Shown: positions 52,675 through 61,937, counted from the first letter of the stretch. The stretch: 64,000 nt of DNA from an uncultured bacterium (GCA_963813815.1 CAWFAD010000012.1:160001-224000), one strand, 5' to 3'. Notes: generated by a model not told the origin, from the letters alone. Made by a program: numbers and translations.

Positions 52675-53564
52675 CTGTCGCCGAGATCGAAATCGAGCGG
52701 CAGGTAGGCATAATCGAAGGCGAGGCTCCGGTACTTGACCCCCGCCCCCAGCGTGAACCCCTGCGAATAGTAGTTGGCCTTGTATCCCGTGCGGACGGAG
52801 AGATACGATCCGTAGTTGTATTCGACCCCGAGGTGGAGCTTCGCGTCTCCGTCGTTCGGAAAGAGGGCGTCCGCCGCGACGATCGCCTCTCCGCGAAGCC
52901 ATGGGGCCTCGTAACGGTACGCCGCTCCCCCCCGCAGCAGGAAGGGCGGATAAAACTTCTCCTCGACGAACTTCGCCTGCGGGCCGAGGTTCAGCATCGA
53001 CGCCGCGAGCGTCAGTCCCTCGATGGCGCTCTTGTGGACCACGCCGGCGTCGAAGGCCCAGCTCGTGGCCGATTCGAAATCGATCTTTTCGTAAATGACC
53101 TTGACGGAGACTCCCGCGGAGAGGTTCGGCAGAACGTCCATCGCGTACCCCCCCGCGACCGAGAGATCGTAGGGAGCGAACGTGCCGTCCGGAACGAGCG
53201 ACGGATAATCGCCGTAGCGATCCATCTCGCCGTAGTAGAGCCCCGTGAAGCTGAGACCCGCCGTGCCGCCGAACATCTCGTTCAGCACCGTGATCTGCTC
53301 GAAACGGATGTCCTGAGCCCACTCGGTGTGCGACACGTTGATCTCGACGCCCTCGACCGCGGCCATGCCCCCGGGGTTGTAGTAGATGCTCGTCGCGTCG
53401 TCGGCGACGGCCGTGAAGGCCTCCCCCATCCCGCCGGCGCGGGCGCCGTTGCCGAGGCGGAGAAAGAGAAAACCGCTCGTGCCGGCCTCCGCCGCGAAAA
53501 GACCCGAGAGCGGCATCGCGATAGCGATCGCCGCACCGATCATCCGAATGAATGTGCGCGCCAT
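52635..53564 (-). CDS. PorV/PorQ-family outer-membrane barrel
   Basis: Signal peptide; FLRLGNGARAGGMGEAFTAVADDATSIYYNPGGM; DYAY..LGDSHRFS. Confidence 0.85.
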   Translation of the reverse strand: MARTFIRMIGAAIAIAMPLSGLFAAEAGTSGFLFLRLGNGARAGGMGEAFTAVADDATSIYYNPGGMAAVEGVEINVSHTEWAQDIRFEQITVLNEMFGGTAGLSFTGLYYGEMDRYGDYPSLVPDGTFAPYDLSVAGGYAMDVLPNLSAGVSVKVIYEKIDFESATSWAFDAGVVHKSAIEGLTLAASMLNLGPQAKFVEEKFYPPFLLRGGAAYRYEAPWLRGEAIVAADALFPNDGDAKLHLGVEYNYGSYLSVRTGYKANYYSQGFTLGAGVKYRSLAFDYAYLPLDFDLGDSHRFSIRVASPAP

Positions 53565-53656
53565 GGCTCCTCCAGAAATGGTACGTTTCTTTCCCTATAT
53601 TAGCGCCGCGCGGGTCCGCGGTCAATGCCCCGCTCGTCCTGGGCGCCGCACGGCCG

Positions 53657-56600
53657 CTATCGCGTGACGGCGAACTTCCTCGCGCCCTTCCAGCTCCATC
53701 CGTCGTCGCCAACGACCTCGACGCGGCAGACATAGACTCCGCCCGCGAGCTCCCCGGCCGAAAAGCCCGCCTCGAACGGCACGGCGCTTCCCGACGGCCA
53801 GTCGTGACGTGCGTCGCGGGAGGCGACCTTCTCCCCCTCGAGATCGAATATCGTCACCGCGACGCGGGAGGGCTCGGATATGAGCAGCCGCACGGTGAAA
53901 GACGCGCCCCTCACGGGATTCGGATAGACGATGAAGGACGCGGGATCCACCGCGAGCCCGGACTCGTTTCCTCCCGCGGAGGCGGTCTGCCGGCCGCTCC
54001 CCCGTGAATCGTGACGGTAGCACGGCCAGAGCTGAAGATCCGACAGGGACGTTCCCAGCTCGTACCGCCGGATCGACGTGACGGCGCCCGACGAGATCTC
54101 CCCGGCCGGAGCGACGCAGGCGCAATCGACGATATAAACATCGCCGGCCTCGCTTTCGAGCAGCGCGAGCGAGCCCCCGGCCGCTCCCTCGCCGGGAAGA
54201 GGCCAGCCCGGCATTTCGCGGCCCGCGAACTCCAGAGCGTGGATATCGCCCCCGACGCGGAACAGAATCTCGACGCGGCCGTCGCCCGTTATGTCTCCGG
54301 CGACCGGGGGAACCACCGGCACCGGCCGGTACGCCTCGGCGACGCCCGCGTCGATCGCGCGCGGCCATCCGGAGACCGGAACGCCGAACCCGGAGAATAG
54401 GTACAGGCACGCTTCGTCGCGCAGCGCCGTCTCGAGCGTCCCGTCGCCGTCCACGTCGGTGAGGATCGGCGATGAGGGCGAGCCTCCTCGAAGGGCCGCC
54501 CGGTGCGTCGCGCCGGAATATTCGCAGTAGCAGAGGCCCCATCCGGGGATCGCAGCCGCCACTTCATCGGAGCCGTCGCCGTCGATATCTCCCGTCGCGA
54601 TCGAGAGAAGGCCCGGAGGCGCTGCGGCGGTGATCTGTGTCAGGGTACGCATATCGCCGGTCCCGGCCGGACCCGAGAACTGCAGGAAATGGAAGCGGAT
54701 GAATGCTCCCCCGGATGCGGCGAAGCACATCCCCTCGAGCGCGACGCCGGCGGAGGGTTCCTCCATGACGGCGAATGCCGGAACGGAGGCGAGTCTTCCC
54801 CCGGCGATCGGCAGCTCGATCCCGTCGATCCCCCGCTCGACCCACCCGGCTCCGGGCCACGTGCCCCCGCAGCCGAGCACGCAGAGATACGTGCTGTCGG
54901 CGCTCGAGCTGAGCGCGATGAGCAAGGGCCCCGGCATGCCGTCGACGCCGTCGGCGATCATGAGGGCGGCCCTCTCCTGCCCCCGGAGCTGGATCGTCAT
55001 GGGGGTCGCGTCGTCGTCGATCTCGACCGGAGCGCCCGACCAATCATAGGCCCGCAGCACGCCACCGCGCGAGACGACGAATATCGCCGGATCGAGGGAA
55101 GCTCCCCAGAGGCCGGCGACCGGCGAGGCGATCCATTCCGCGCCGGGCTCTCGAACGATCTCCTCCGCCCCCCCGCTCCAGCCCTCCGCGCCCGCCTCGG
55201 CGAGCCACAGCGTTCCCGAATCGGCGGCGATGAGCATCCGGTCGCCCGTCCCGCCGTCGACCGGCGCGGCGATCGGGGTCGCGGCGCCGAGCCCCGCGGC
55301 AAACTCGCCTCTCGTATAATCGATCTCGAGCGCGAACCGCACTGAGAGCGTCATGTAATGGCCGGCCCCGGATATCGCGGATATTTCGATCCCGCTCGGA
55401 GCGCCGCCGTTCGTATGGCTCGAGGGATCCGTATCGGCGGCGAAACGATCGTTGTTGCCGGCCCGGTACGAGTCGAGGAAGCTCCCGAACGAGAATTCCC
55501 CGCCGGGGCGGTCGAGATCCTGTATGCCGTCGGCCTCCTCGAGATCGACTCCCTTGAAACGCGGATCGTCGTTCGGGAAGCCGCCCGCTTCGAGGGCCGT
55601 CCGGATCGCCGTCTCGTCGACGTGCCAGATGAGGAGGCCGCTTCCCGTGACGACGCTGTCCGGCGCCGGGCGCGGGTTGGACGAGGCCGTTATGAAGAAA
55701 TCGAACTCGGCGCCGCGGAGCGTGTCTCCGCTCTCCGGTATGCCGTTGAAGTTGCTGTCGATGAAATCGAAATCGCCGCTGAAATCCGCGTCATGGACCC
55801 TGTTCTCGACGAGGTAGTACTCCGAGGAGTTGACGACGATCTTGACGAGCCCCGTATCGGCGGGGATCGCCGTGCTCACATCCGCGAGACGGAGCGCCGC
55901 GTCCCCCGAGACGACGAGCGGCGCGGCCCAGCCCATGAGGCACCGGTTGAACGCCGAGGGGAACGCCGGAACGAATCCGAGCGCGTTGTAGATTCCGTAA
56001 CCCATGAGATCGAAATTGCCGCACCCCTGCGAATCGGGATAGTCCCCGGGAGTCGTATCGAAGAGCGGCACCATCCCGAGGCGCAATCCGACCTGGTAGG
56101 CGTAGATGCCGAGCGAGCCGAAGGTATAGCCGTCTTGCGAGCTCTGCTCCGGCCAGACCATCAGATTGTCGAGGAAGAGCGTGTCGCCGGGAGCGCCGTC
56201 GTTCGTGGGAATTCCCGGAAGGCCGAGGGTGTCGGGGAGCGCTTGCGCCATCTCCTCCGGGTTGACGAACCCCGAATAGAGCTGGTACCGCGAGTCGCCG
56301 TTGAAATCGGTCTCCCGCCCGGCGCCGGCATGAATCACGGCGACGGCGTCGTAGCGGCCGAAATCGACGGAATCGTCGCGAACCCGGACGACCTCCTTGA
56401 GAATCTCCGCCATGCGCTCTTTCCAGAGATTTTCTTCGCCGTAGTACGCCTCCGGCTCGCCCAGCGCGACGATCCCGGGCATGAGCTCCCATCGAAGGTC
56501 GAAGATTCCGAGCGAGGCCCCTTCGAAATACTCGGCGAGGTGCCGCAGCTCGTTCGCGAAATAGATCGAGTCGAAAACCGACTCGAACTCCCGGTCGGCG

Positions 56601-56809
56601 AACGAGACGCGGAAGACGCAGACGCGGAGCGATTCGGCCCGCGCGCCGCCCCCCGCGAGAAGCGTGCTCACCGCCTCGAGCTGATACGGTCCGAGGGAGC
56701 CGCCGCGCGGCGCGGCAGGGATCGATGTTTCGGCCGTGACGCCGCGCGAGGCGCCCGCAACGAGAAGCGCGCAGAGAAGCGGCGCCGCGATACGATGGAT
56801 TGGTTTCAT
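53657..56809 (-). CDS. M6 (immune inhibitor A-like) metalloprotease homolog lacking HEXXH, with FG-GAP/VCBS repeats and T9SS-like C-terminal domain
   Basis: VIHAGAG, FDLMGYG, MGW, EYYLVENR, GLLIWHVDE, VDLEEADG; GDIDGDG repeats; YPNPV..GGVY; HEXXH position reads YQVGL. Confidence 0.8.
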   Translation of the reverse strand: MKPIHRIAAPLLCALLVAGASRGVTAETSIPAAPRGGSLGPYQLEAVSTLLAGGGARAESLRVCVFRVSFADREFESVFDSIYFANELRHLAEYFEGASLGIFDLRWELMPGIVALGEPEAYYGEENLWKERMAEILKEVVRVRDDSVDFGRYDAVAVIHAGAGRETDFNGDSRYQLYSGFVNPEEMAQALPDTLGLPGIPTNDGAPGDTLFLDNLMVWPEQSSQDGYTFGSLGIYAYQVGLRLGMVPLFDTTPGDYPDSQGCGNFDLMGYGIYNALGFVPAFPSAFNRCLMGWAAPLVVSGDAALRLADVSTAIPADTGLVKIVVNSSEYYLVENRVHDADFSGDFDFIDSNFNGIPESGDTLRGAEFDFFITASSNPRPAPDSVVTGSGLLIWHVDETAIRTALEAGGFPNDDPRFKGVDLEEADGIQDLDRPGGEFSFGSFLDSYRAGNNDRFAADTDPSSHTNGGAPSGIEISAISGAGHYMTLSVRFALEIDYTRGEFAAGLGAATPIAAPVDGGTGDRMLIAADSGTLWLAEAGAEGWSGGAEEIVREPGAEWIASPVAGLWGASLDPAIFVVSRGGVLRAYDWSGAPVEIDDDATPMTIQLRGQERAALMIADGVDGMPGPLLIALSSSADSTYLCVLGCGGTWPGAGWVERGIDGIELPIAGGRLASVPAFAVMEEPSAGVALEGMCFAASGGAFIRFHFLQFSGPAGTGDMRTLTQITAAAPPGLLSIATGDIDGDGSDEVAAAIPGWGLCYCEYSGATHRAALRGGSPSSPILTDVDGDGTLETALRDEACLYLFSGFGVPVSGWPRAIDAGVAEAYRPVPVVPPVAGDITGDGRVEILFRVGGDIHALEFAGREMPGWPLPGEGAAGGSLALLESEAGDVYIVDCACVAPAGEISSGAVTSIRRYELGTSLSDLQLWPCYRHDSRGSGRQTASAGGNESGLAVDPASFIVYPNPVRGASFTVRLLISEPSRVAVTIFDLEGEKVASRDARHDWPSGSAVPFEAGFSAGELAGGVYVCRVEVVGDDGWSWKGARKFAVTR

Positions 56810-56973
56810 AGGGCGATTATTCTACTCGGCCGGGGAGAGATGCGCAAGGGCCATAAATAATCCGGGGAGAACGAAGTTCTCGTGCCGCCCCTGTACGACA
56901 TTTGACTTCTTCGTTCTCCCCTTCGGCCGACCTTCGCGGGTAACACGAACCGTGTTCAGCGTTTGCCAGCGCT

Positions 56974-57936
56974 CTACTCGGTGGTTCGTTGTGCGGACTC
57001 ATCGTCCCGTGTCCATGCTACCCTCTCAACGATGGGGGGAATCGCTGACCTCTCGGCCAAGCTCGTTGTGCTCGCTGTCGGGCCGGGCATCGCGGTCCTC
57101 GACGATGACGAAACATCTATCTCCGTACCGCTGCCCGGCGCGGCCGGAGCGAGGTCGCGGTTTTCGGGGTCGATCTGATACGCCCACAGGAAGGTGACGT
57201 AGTCCCCGTTGACCGCCGTGACATACAGCTTCGCGTAATGGTAACCGTCCGTCTCGAGGAGCCGCACGATGTAGCAGTGATCGACGATCGCCTCGACCGT
57301 GCGGGAGGGGGACCAGCCATCGAGCGGAGCGTAGTTGATCACATCGAAGTCGGTGACGTATCCGTAATCCTGCAGCTCCACGTTGGCCCGCCACGCCTCG
57401 ATGATGGCGATCTCCGGCGTGCCGAAGAAGAAGATATCCGTCGTCGAAAGGTTGTACCGCTGCGGGGCGTTGCTGAGGCTCGAGAGATCGTATCCGGCGG
57501 TCTCCGGAAAAGTCTCATAATCATCGAGAGCGAGTATGCCCTCCGGGCGCGGCGTCGCGGTGACCTCTTCGTAGCTGAGCTCGCTCTCGAGCCCGCCGGT
57601 GTCGAACGCCGTCACCGCGTAGTAGTACTGCTCTCCATTCGGCCTGATATCCTCGAAGCAGAACTCGATCTCGGTCGATTCCTCGACCAGCACGGTGCCG
57701 ATATGGACGTATTCGCCGTAGAAATCCACGCCGCGGTAAACGTCGTAACCTTCGACATCGTCCTCGTAGTTCGCGAGCCAGCAGATGAGCGCCGATCCGT
57801 CGAGATTCACGGAGTAGACGTTGCGGGGCGCGGAAGGAGGGCAATCGGCCGGAACGGGCACGATCACGCGCTCCTTCTCACCGCAGGAGATGAGAAGAAG
57901 CGTCAGCACCGTTATGATCGCCGTCAATCTGTTCAT
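56974..57936 (-). CDS. Lipoprotein with FN3-like domain
   Basis: Lipobox LISC; PPSAPRNV..W..DVEGYDVYR..YYYAVTAFDTGGLESELS; GGAGG SD. Confidence 0.8.
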   Translation of the reverse strand: MNRLTAIITVLTLLLISCGEKERVIVPVPADCPPSAPRNVYSVNLDGSALICWLANYEDDVEGYDVYRGVDFYGEYVHIGTVLVEESTEIEFCFEDIRPNGEQYYYAVTAFDTGGLESELSYEEVTATPRPEGILALDDYETFPETAGYDLSSLSNAPQRYNLSTTDIFFFGTPEIAIIEAWRANVELQDYGYVTDFDVINYAPLDGWSPSRTVEAIVDHCYIVRLLETDGYHYAKLYVTAVNGDYVTFLWAYQIDPENRDLAPAAPGSGTEIDVSSSSRTAMPGPTASTTSLAERSAIPPIVERVAWTRDDESAQRTTE

Positions 57937-57963
57937 TTCATCGCTCCTCCGCGCTCGTATATC

Positions 57964-57978
57964 GCAATCGATGTGCCA
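57964..57978 (-). promoter_or_regulatory. Sigma54 promoter of the FN3 lipoprotein gene
   Basis: TGGCAC-atcga-TTGC exact consensus, 27 bp upstream of the ATG. Confidence 0.8.
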
Positions 57979-58198
57979 TGTGTCGAAGAAGAGGCGAAAA
58001 CGGCCGCCGAGGGCAGCTCCGCGGCAGCCAACGGGAGTGATTTGAACGAATTGCGGCGTGTGAAATTTATTCGCCGAGGCCGCGGAGACGGCGCCGTGCC
58101 TCCGGCGATGACCCGTATCCTGTCGTCGGAACTCTACAGAGATGTCCTCATCGATGGACAGAACCGATTATGGGGAACGACGAATCTCGCGGGGGGCG

Positions 58199-58300
58199 AA
58201 AAAGAATAGTCAGAGGCATAAGGTGTGAGCACCGGAGGGGATGTCCATACTCACGTTCCTTAGGATCTCGCCAATCCAAAAGTTACTTATGCCCCTGACG
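58199..58300 (-). ncRNA. Candidate ~100-nt three-way-junction sRNA (RNA B)
   Basis: 14-bp closing helix 58286-58299/58209-58222, two internal stems, G-U wobbles only on minus strand, upstream sigma70 promoter, trailing UAUUCUUUUU. Confidence 0.65.
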
Positions 58301-58306
58301 GAGACG

Positions 58307-58336
58307 ATGCTATGAGAGAAGGGATTTGAGAGTCAA
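58307..58336 (-). promoter_or_regulatory. Sigma70 promoter for RNA B
   Basis: TTGACT-18 nt-TAGCAT; predicted start coincides with the 5' end of the helix. Confidence 0.6.
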
Positions 58337-58383
58337 GCAAATTTTCGCGGCGCCCGAGAGGTACCGCCTGGCGCCGAGCGCCT

Positions 58384-58526
58384 AAAAATCAAGCGGAGAG
58401 AAACCTCCCGCTTCTTGTCCTAGAGACCCCACCTTTTCCCCTTCTAGCTCCAGGAGAACCTAGCTTGACAAGAAGCCTTTGATCTCTCTCCGCTTTGCCG
58501 ATCCCCTTCGCCAACCGATACCTGAA
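58384..58526 (-). ncRNA. Candidate ~140-nt long-hairpin sRNA (RNA A)
   Basis: AAGCGGAGAGAGAUC/GGUUUCUCUCCGCUU (15 bp), 4x4 purine loop, GCUUCUUGUC/GACAAGAAGC (10 bp), U tract after the helix. Confidence 0.6.
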
Positions 58527-58537
58527 CAGGTGAATAG

Positions 58538-58552
58538 GCATGGGGCGTACCA
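58538..58552 (-). promoter_or_regulatory. Putative sigma54 promoter for RNA A
   Basis: TGGTAC-gcccc-ATGC: GG and GC at correct spacing, two mismatches to consensus. Confidence 0.5.
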
Positions 58553-58668
58553 AATGCGTCCAGAAGGTCAAATTGCGCGTGAAATTTAACTTATTATATT
58601 ACAACAAGATGCGGCGCACCTCGCCGGGGCGCCCGCGACCCGGACCACGCCATTTCGCCGCGTGGAGC

Positions 58669-58740
58669 AAGAAGCTTGATATTTTTGGGATCGTCCCCGT
58701 ATCCCATTATTTATAATGCCGTTAACCTATCAAGCATCTT
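58669..58740. promoter_or_regulatory. 13-bp inverted repeat, candidate upstream activator sequence
   Basis: aagaagcttgata (58669-58681) and tatcaagcatctt (58728-58740), 12/13 complementary. Confidence 0.45.
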
Positions 58741-58804
58741 TATAGCGTTTGTATACCACTTGAATAAATCGTACTGGCGGACCACGGGGGGGATTTGAAC
58801 GCTA

Positions 58805-61800
58805 TCAGTAACCGTCCGCGATCCTGAGGTCGCGGATCTTCTTGAGGAGAGTCGGGTAGCTGATGCCGAGCTCGCCGGAGGCGACGCTGCGGTTCCAGCC
58901 GTTGCGGATGAGACACTCGGATATCACGCGCTTCTCGAGGTCCTTCACGCGGTCGGGCAGCGAAAGGCGATGCCGCTGCATCGTCGAATGCTCGCCCTCG
59001 TCGAAATCGATCGCCTCGGCCGTGATGATCCCCTCATCGTCGGTGATGATCACGGAGCGTTTCACGATTTTTTCGAGCTCGCGAACGTTCCCCGGCCACT
59101 CGTAAGCGGCCAGCAGGGCCAGCGCATCCTCCGCGAAACCGCGCACGTGCTTCTGCATCCGGTCGCCGAAGACCTTGAGGTAATACTCCGCGAGCAGGTG
59201 GATATCCTCGATCCGCTCCCGCAGCGGCGGAATCGTGATCGGAAAATCGTTGATCCGGTAATAGAGATCCTCGAGCATCGCGCCGTCCTTGACCATCGTC
59301 ATGAGATCGCACTTCGACGCGAAAACGAGCCGGACGTTCACGGGGAGCATATCGTTTCCCCCCACGGGACGCACCTTCATGGTATCGAGAAACTGCAGCA
59401 ACTTGCCCTGGAACACGACCGACGTCTTGGAGATCTCGTCGAGGAACACCGTGCCCCCGTCCGCTTCCGCGATCAGGCCCTTTTTGTCGCAGATGGCGCC
59501 GGTGAAGGAGCCCTTCACGTGGCCGAAAAGCTCGCTCTCGAGAATCGTCTCGGGGAGCGCCGCGCAGTTCACGTGGACGAATTTGCGCTCGCGCCGCGGG
59601 CTCATCGCATGGATGGCCTGGGCGACGAGCCCCTTCCCCGTTCCGGTCTCGCCCATGAGCAGCACCGTCACGTCGGATTGCGCGACCTTCCCCGCGAGGT
59701 TGAGCACGCGGAGCATCCTGTCGTTGCGCGTTATGACGTGGCGGAAATCGCCGATCCTCTTCCCCGGCTCATCCTTCGCCGCGGGAGACTGCACCGCGCT
59801 CCCCTGAACGAGGAAATCGATGAACGAGGCGTACGAGGCGACGACGTCCGGAACCTGACCGATGCGCGGAGGCAGGCTGCCGTCGGCGTCCGACTGGAAG
59901 AACAGAAGCCCGAACGGCTCGCGGTCGCGGCAGAGCGGGTGGACATAGATCGGCCCGCCGCTGCCCGGAAGCTCGTCGCGGATCGCGGCCGTGCGCCGGT
60001 CGCGGAGCACGTCCGTGAGGAGCGCGCTGGAGGCGCAATCGGCGTCATCCCTGTCGAGGAACCATTCGGTGATCCGGCGGGCGGACTGCTCCGGAACGTC
60101 CCGTCTGGCGAGCACCGTCACCTTGCGGCCGCCGGCGCCGCCCGCGAAGAGCGCGACGAAGCCGTACCGGAAGGTGATCTTTCCCATGAGATCGCCGAGG
60201 AGATAGTCGAGCACCGTGATGAGGTGCGGATGTTTGGCGAGCATGCCGGACGTCTCAGCGGAGATCCCGGCCCCCGCCGCGGGCGAAGAGAGGTCTCCGG
60301 CGACCTCTTCCTCGATGCTCCGGCGCATCCTCCGCGCGCGGCGCAGCAGGTTGCGGTCGCGCAGGTCCTCCGCGATGCGCTGCGCCTCGTAGAGGTGCAG
60401 GAGGCATTCGTCCCGGTTCTTCATCTCGCGCTCGACGCGCGCCATGAGGAGATGGCTCTCCACGAGATCGCGGAACTCGTCCGTCCTCTCGAAATAGTCG
60501 AGCGTTCCGAGAACGAGCTTGCGGGCGCGATGGAACGAGTCCGTTCCGGCCTTCGTGACGAGGTGCTCGGCGAAGAGCAGGGCCGTCCGGTGCTCCTCGT
60601 ACAGATTGTTCGAGTCGTGGAAGATCCTCATGCCGTCGGCGATGCGACGCTCCGATTCGTCGGAGTTGCCGAGCATCGCGTGGGCGAGAGCGACGGTCCT
60701 CTGGATATAGCCGATCTCGTGCGCTTCCCCGCACTTGCGGGCTACCTCGAGCGCGCGGGTGCCGACCGCGACCGCTTCCTCCGCCTTGCGCTGCCTGAGG
60801 AAGATCTCCGTCTCGCGCCGGAGCACCTCCGCGACGATGTCCCCCTCGGCGGATATCTTCTTTCCGCGCGCGAGCGCGGTCGAGTAGTTCTGAAGCGCTC
60901 CATCGAGGTCGCCTCTCGCCGCCATGAGATCGCCGAGATACTCGTCGGCGAGCGCTATCTCCCGCCCGAACCCGCGCCGCTCGGCGAGAACGCGCGCCTC
61001 GAGCAAATGCTTCTCGGACGCCGCGAACTCTCCGGTCCTCGCCTGGGTGACGCCGAGCTCGAGCGTGCTCCGCACGTAGAGAAGCTCGTTCCCCGCGAGA
61101 TGACTCATCTTTCGCGCGCTCGCGAAAGCGCTCTCCGCGCTCGCGAAGTCCCGCGACTTGAGGTGCGTGATGCCGAGGTTGAGCGTCACGCGCGCCCGGT
61201 GCTGGCCGAGACCCATCTTCTCGCACAGCTCGAGCGCGCGGCCGAAGAAATGGATCGATCTCTGGAAACGGCACGCATCCTTGTGGAAAATTCCGAGGTT
61301 GTTGAGCACGTGGGCCTCGCCCACGAGATCCTCGATCCGCCGGTATGAGGCGAGCGCGTCGAGAAAATATTGCTCGGCCTCGTCGCGCTTCCCGAGCCGG
61401 TGATGGCAAACCGCCAGCAACACCTGCACCCGGCCGACCTCGCGATGCTCGTCGGAGGTGCGGAGCAGGCGGTACGCCGTGAACGCCTCCTGAAGCGCCT
61501 TGTCGACCGCGCCCCGCTCGCGGAGAATGATGCCCCGCAGGTGCGCGAGCGTGCCCTTGCCGAACGAGTCGTTCTCGTCGCAGTTGGCCTCGGCGCTCTT
61601 GAGATACGTGGCGGCCTCGTGCAGCAGCCCCTTTTCGATGTAGGACGCGCTGATTTTGCGGTAGATCCGCAGCAGATCGGCCGGCTGCGGGGCGGCGTGT
61701 ATTTTCTGGAGGGCCTTCTCGTAATACTCGAGCGCCACGGAGAAGTTCTCCGTGGAAAAATGCATGTCTCCGAGCTCTTCCTCGGAGCCTATCGCATTGT

Positions 61801-61864
61801 ACTTCGGCCCGGACTTCTTCTTTTCGTATTCGAACTCGTCCTTGCCGCGGGAATCGTCAGGCAT
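58805..61864 (-). CDS. TPR-repeat sigma54-dependent enhancer-binding protein (TPR - linker - AAA+ - Fis HTH)
   Basis: ~500 aa of TPR-like helices; GETGTGK, ESELFGHVKGSFTGA, FLDEI, WPGNVREL; HTH NRSVASGELGISYPTL. Confidence 0.9.
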   Translation of the reverse strand: MPDDSRGKDEFEYEKKKSGPKYNAIGSEEELGDMHFSTENFSVALEYYEKALQKIHAAPQPADLLRIYRKISASYIEKGLLHEAATYLKSAEANCDENDSFGKGTLAHLRGIILRERGAVDKALQEAFTAYRLLRTSDEHREVGRVQVLLAVCHHRLGKRDEAEQYFLDALASYRRIEDLVGEAHVLNNLGIFHKDACRFQRSIHFFGRALELCEKMGLGQHRARVTLNLGITHLKSRDFASAESAFASARKMSHLAGNELLYVRSTLELGVTQARTGEFAASEKHLLEARVLAERRGFGREIALADEYLGDLMAARGDLDGALQNYSTALARGKKISAEGDIVAEVLRRETEIFLRQRKAEEAVAVGTRALEVARKCGEAHEIGYIQRTVALAHAMLGNSDESERRIADGMRIFHDSNNLYEEHRTALLFAEHLVTKAGTDSFHRARKLVLGTLDYFERTDEFRDLVESHLLMARVEREMKNRDECLLHLYEAQRIAEDLRDRNLLRRARRMRRSIEEEVAGDLSSPAAGAGISAETSGMLAKHPHLITVLDYLLGDLMGKITFRYGFVALFAGGAGGRKVTVLARRDVPEQSARRITEWFLDRDDADCASSALLTDVLRDRRTAAIRDELPGSGGPIYVHPLCRDREPFGLLFFQSDADGSLPPRIGQVPDVVASYASFIDFLVQGSAVQSPAAKDEPGKRIGDFRHVITRNDRMLRVLNLAGKVAQSDVTVLLMGETGTGKGLVAQAIHAMSPRRERKFVHVNCAALPETILESELFGHVKGSFTGAICDKKGLIAEADGGTVFLDEISKTSVVFQGKLLQFLDTMKVRPVGGNDMLPVNVRLVFASKCDLMTMVKDGAMLEDLYYRINDFPITIPPLRERIEDIHLLAEYYLKVFGDRMQKHVRGFAEDALALLAAYEWPGNVRELEKIVKRSVIITDDEGIITAEAIDFDEGEHSTMQRHRLSLPDRVKDLEKRVISECLIRNGWNRSVASGELGISYPTLLKKIRDLRIADGY

Positions 61865-61937
61865 CGGTTACTCCCAAAGGCAAAAGGTCGGCGATTCATC
61901 GTTTCCCGGACGAGAAAATCTCTCTGTGCTCTCGCAT

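Noticed and set aside
58241..58315. Plus-strand 24-aa ORF MSILTFLRISPIQKLLMPLTETML (type I toxin-like) antisense to RNA B
   Set aside because: SD abuts the ATG, no plus-strand promoter seen, and G-U pattern favours the minus-strand RNA; not fully excluded.
58384..58526. RNA A as 6S or SRP RNA
   Set aside because: Too short with no large central bubble for 6S; no SRP GGAA-loop motif.
58389..58571. 60-aa minus-strand ORF over RNA A
   Set aside because: TTG start, no SD, spans the promoter motif; RNA structure explains the region better.
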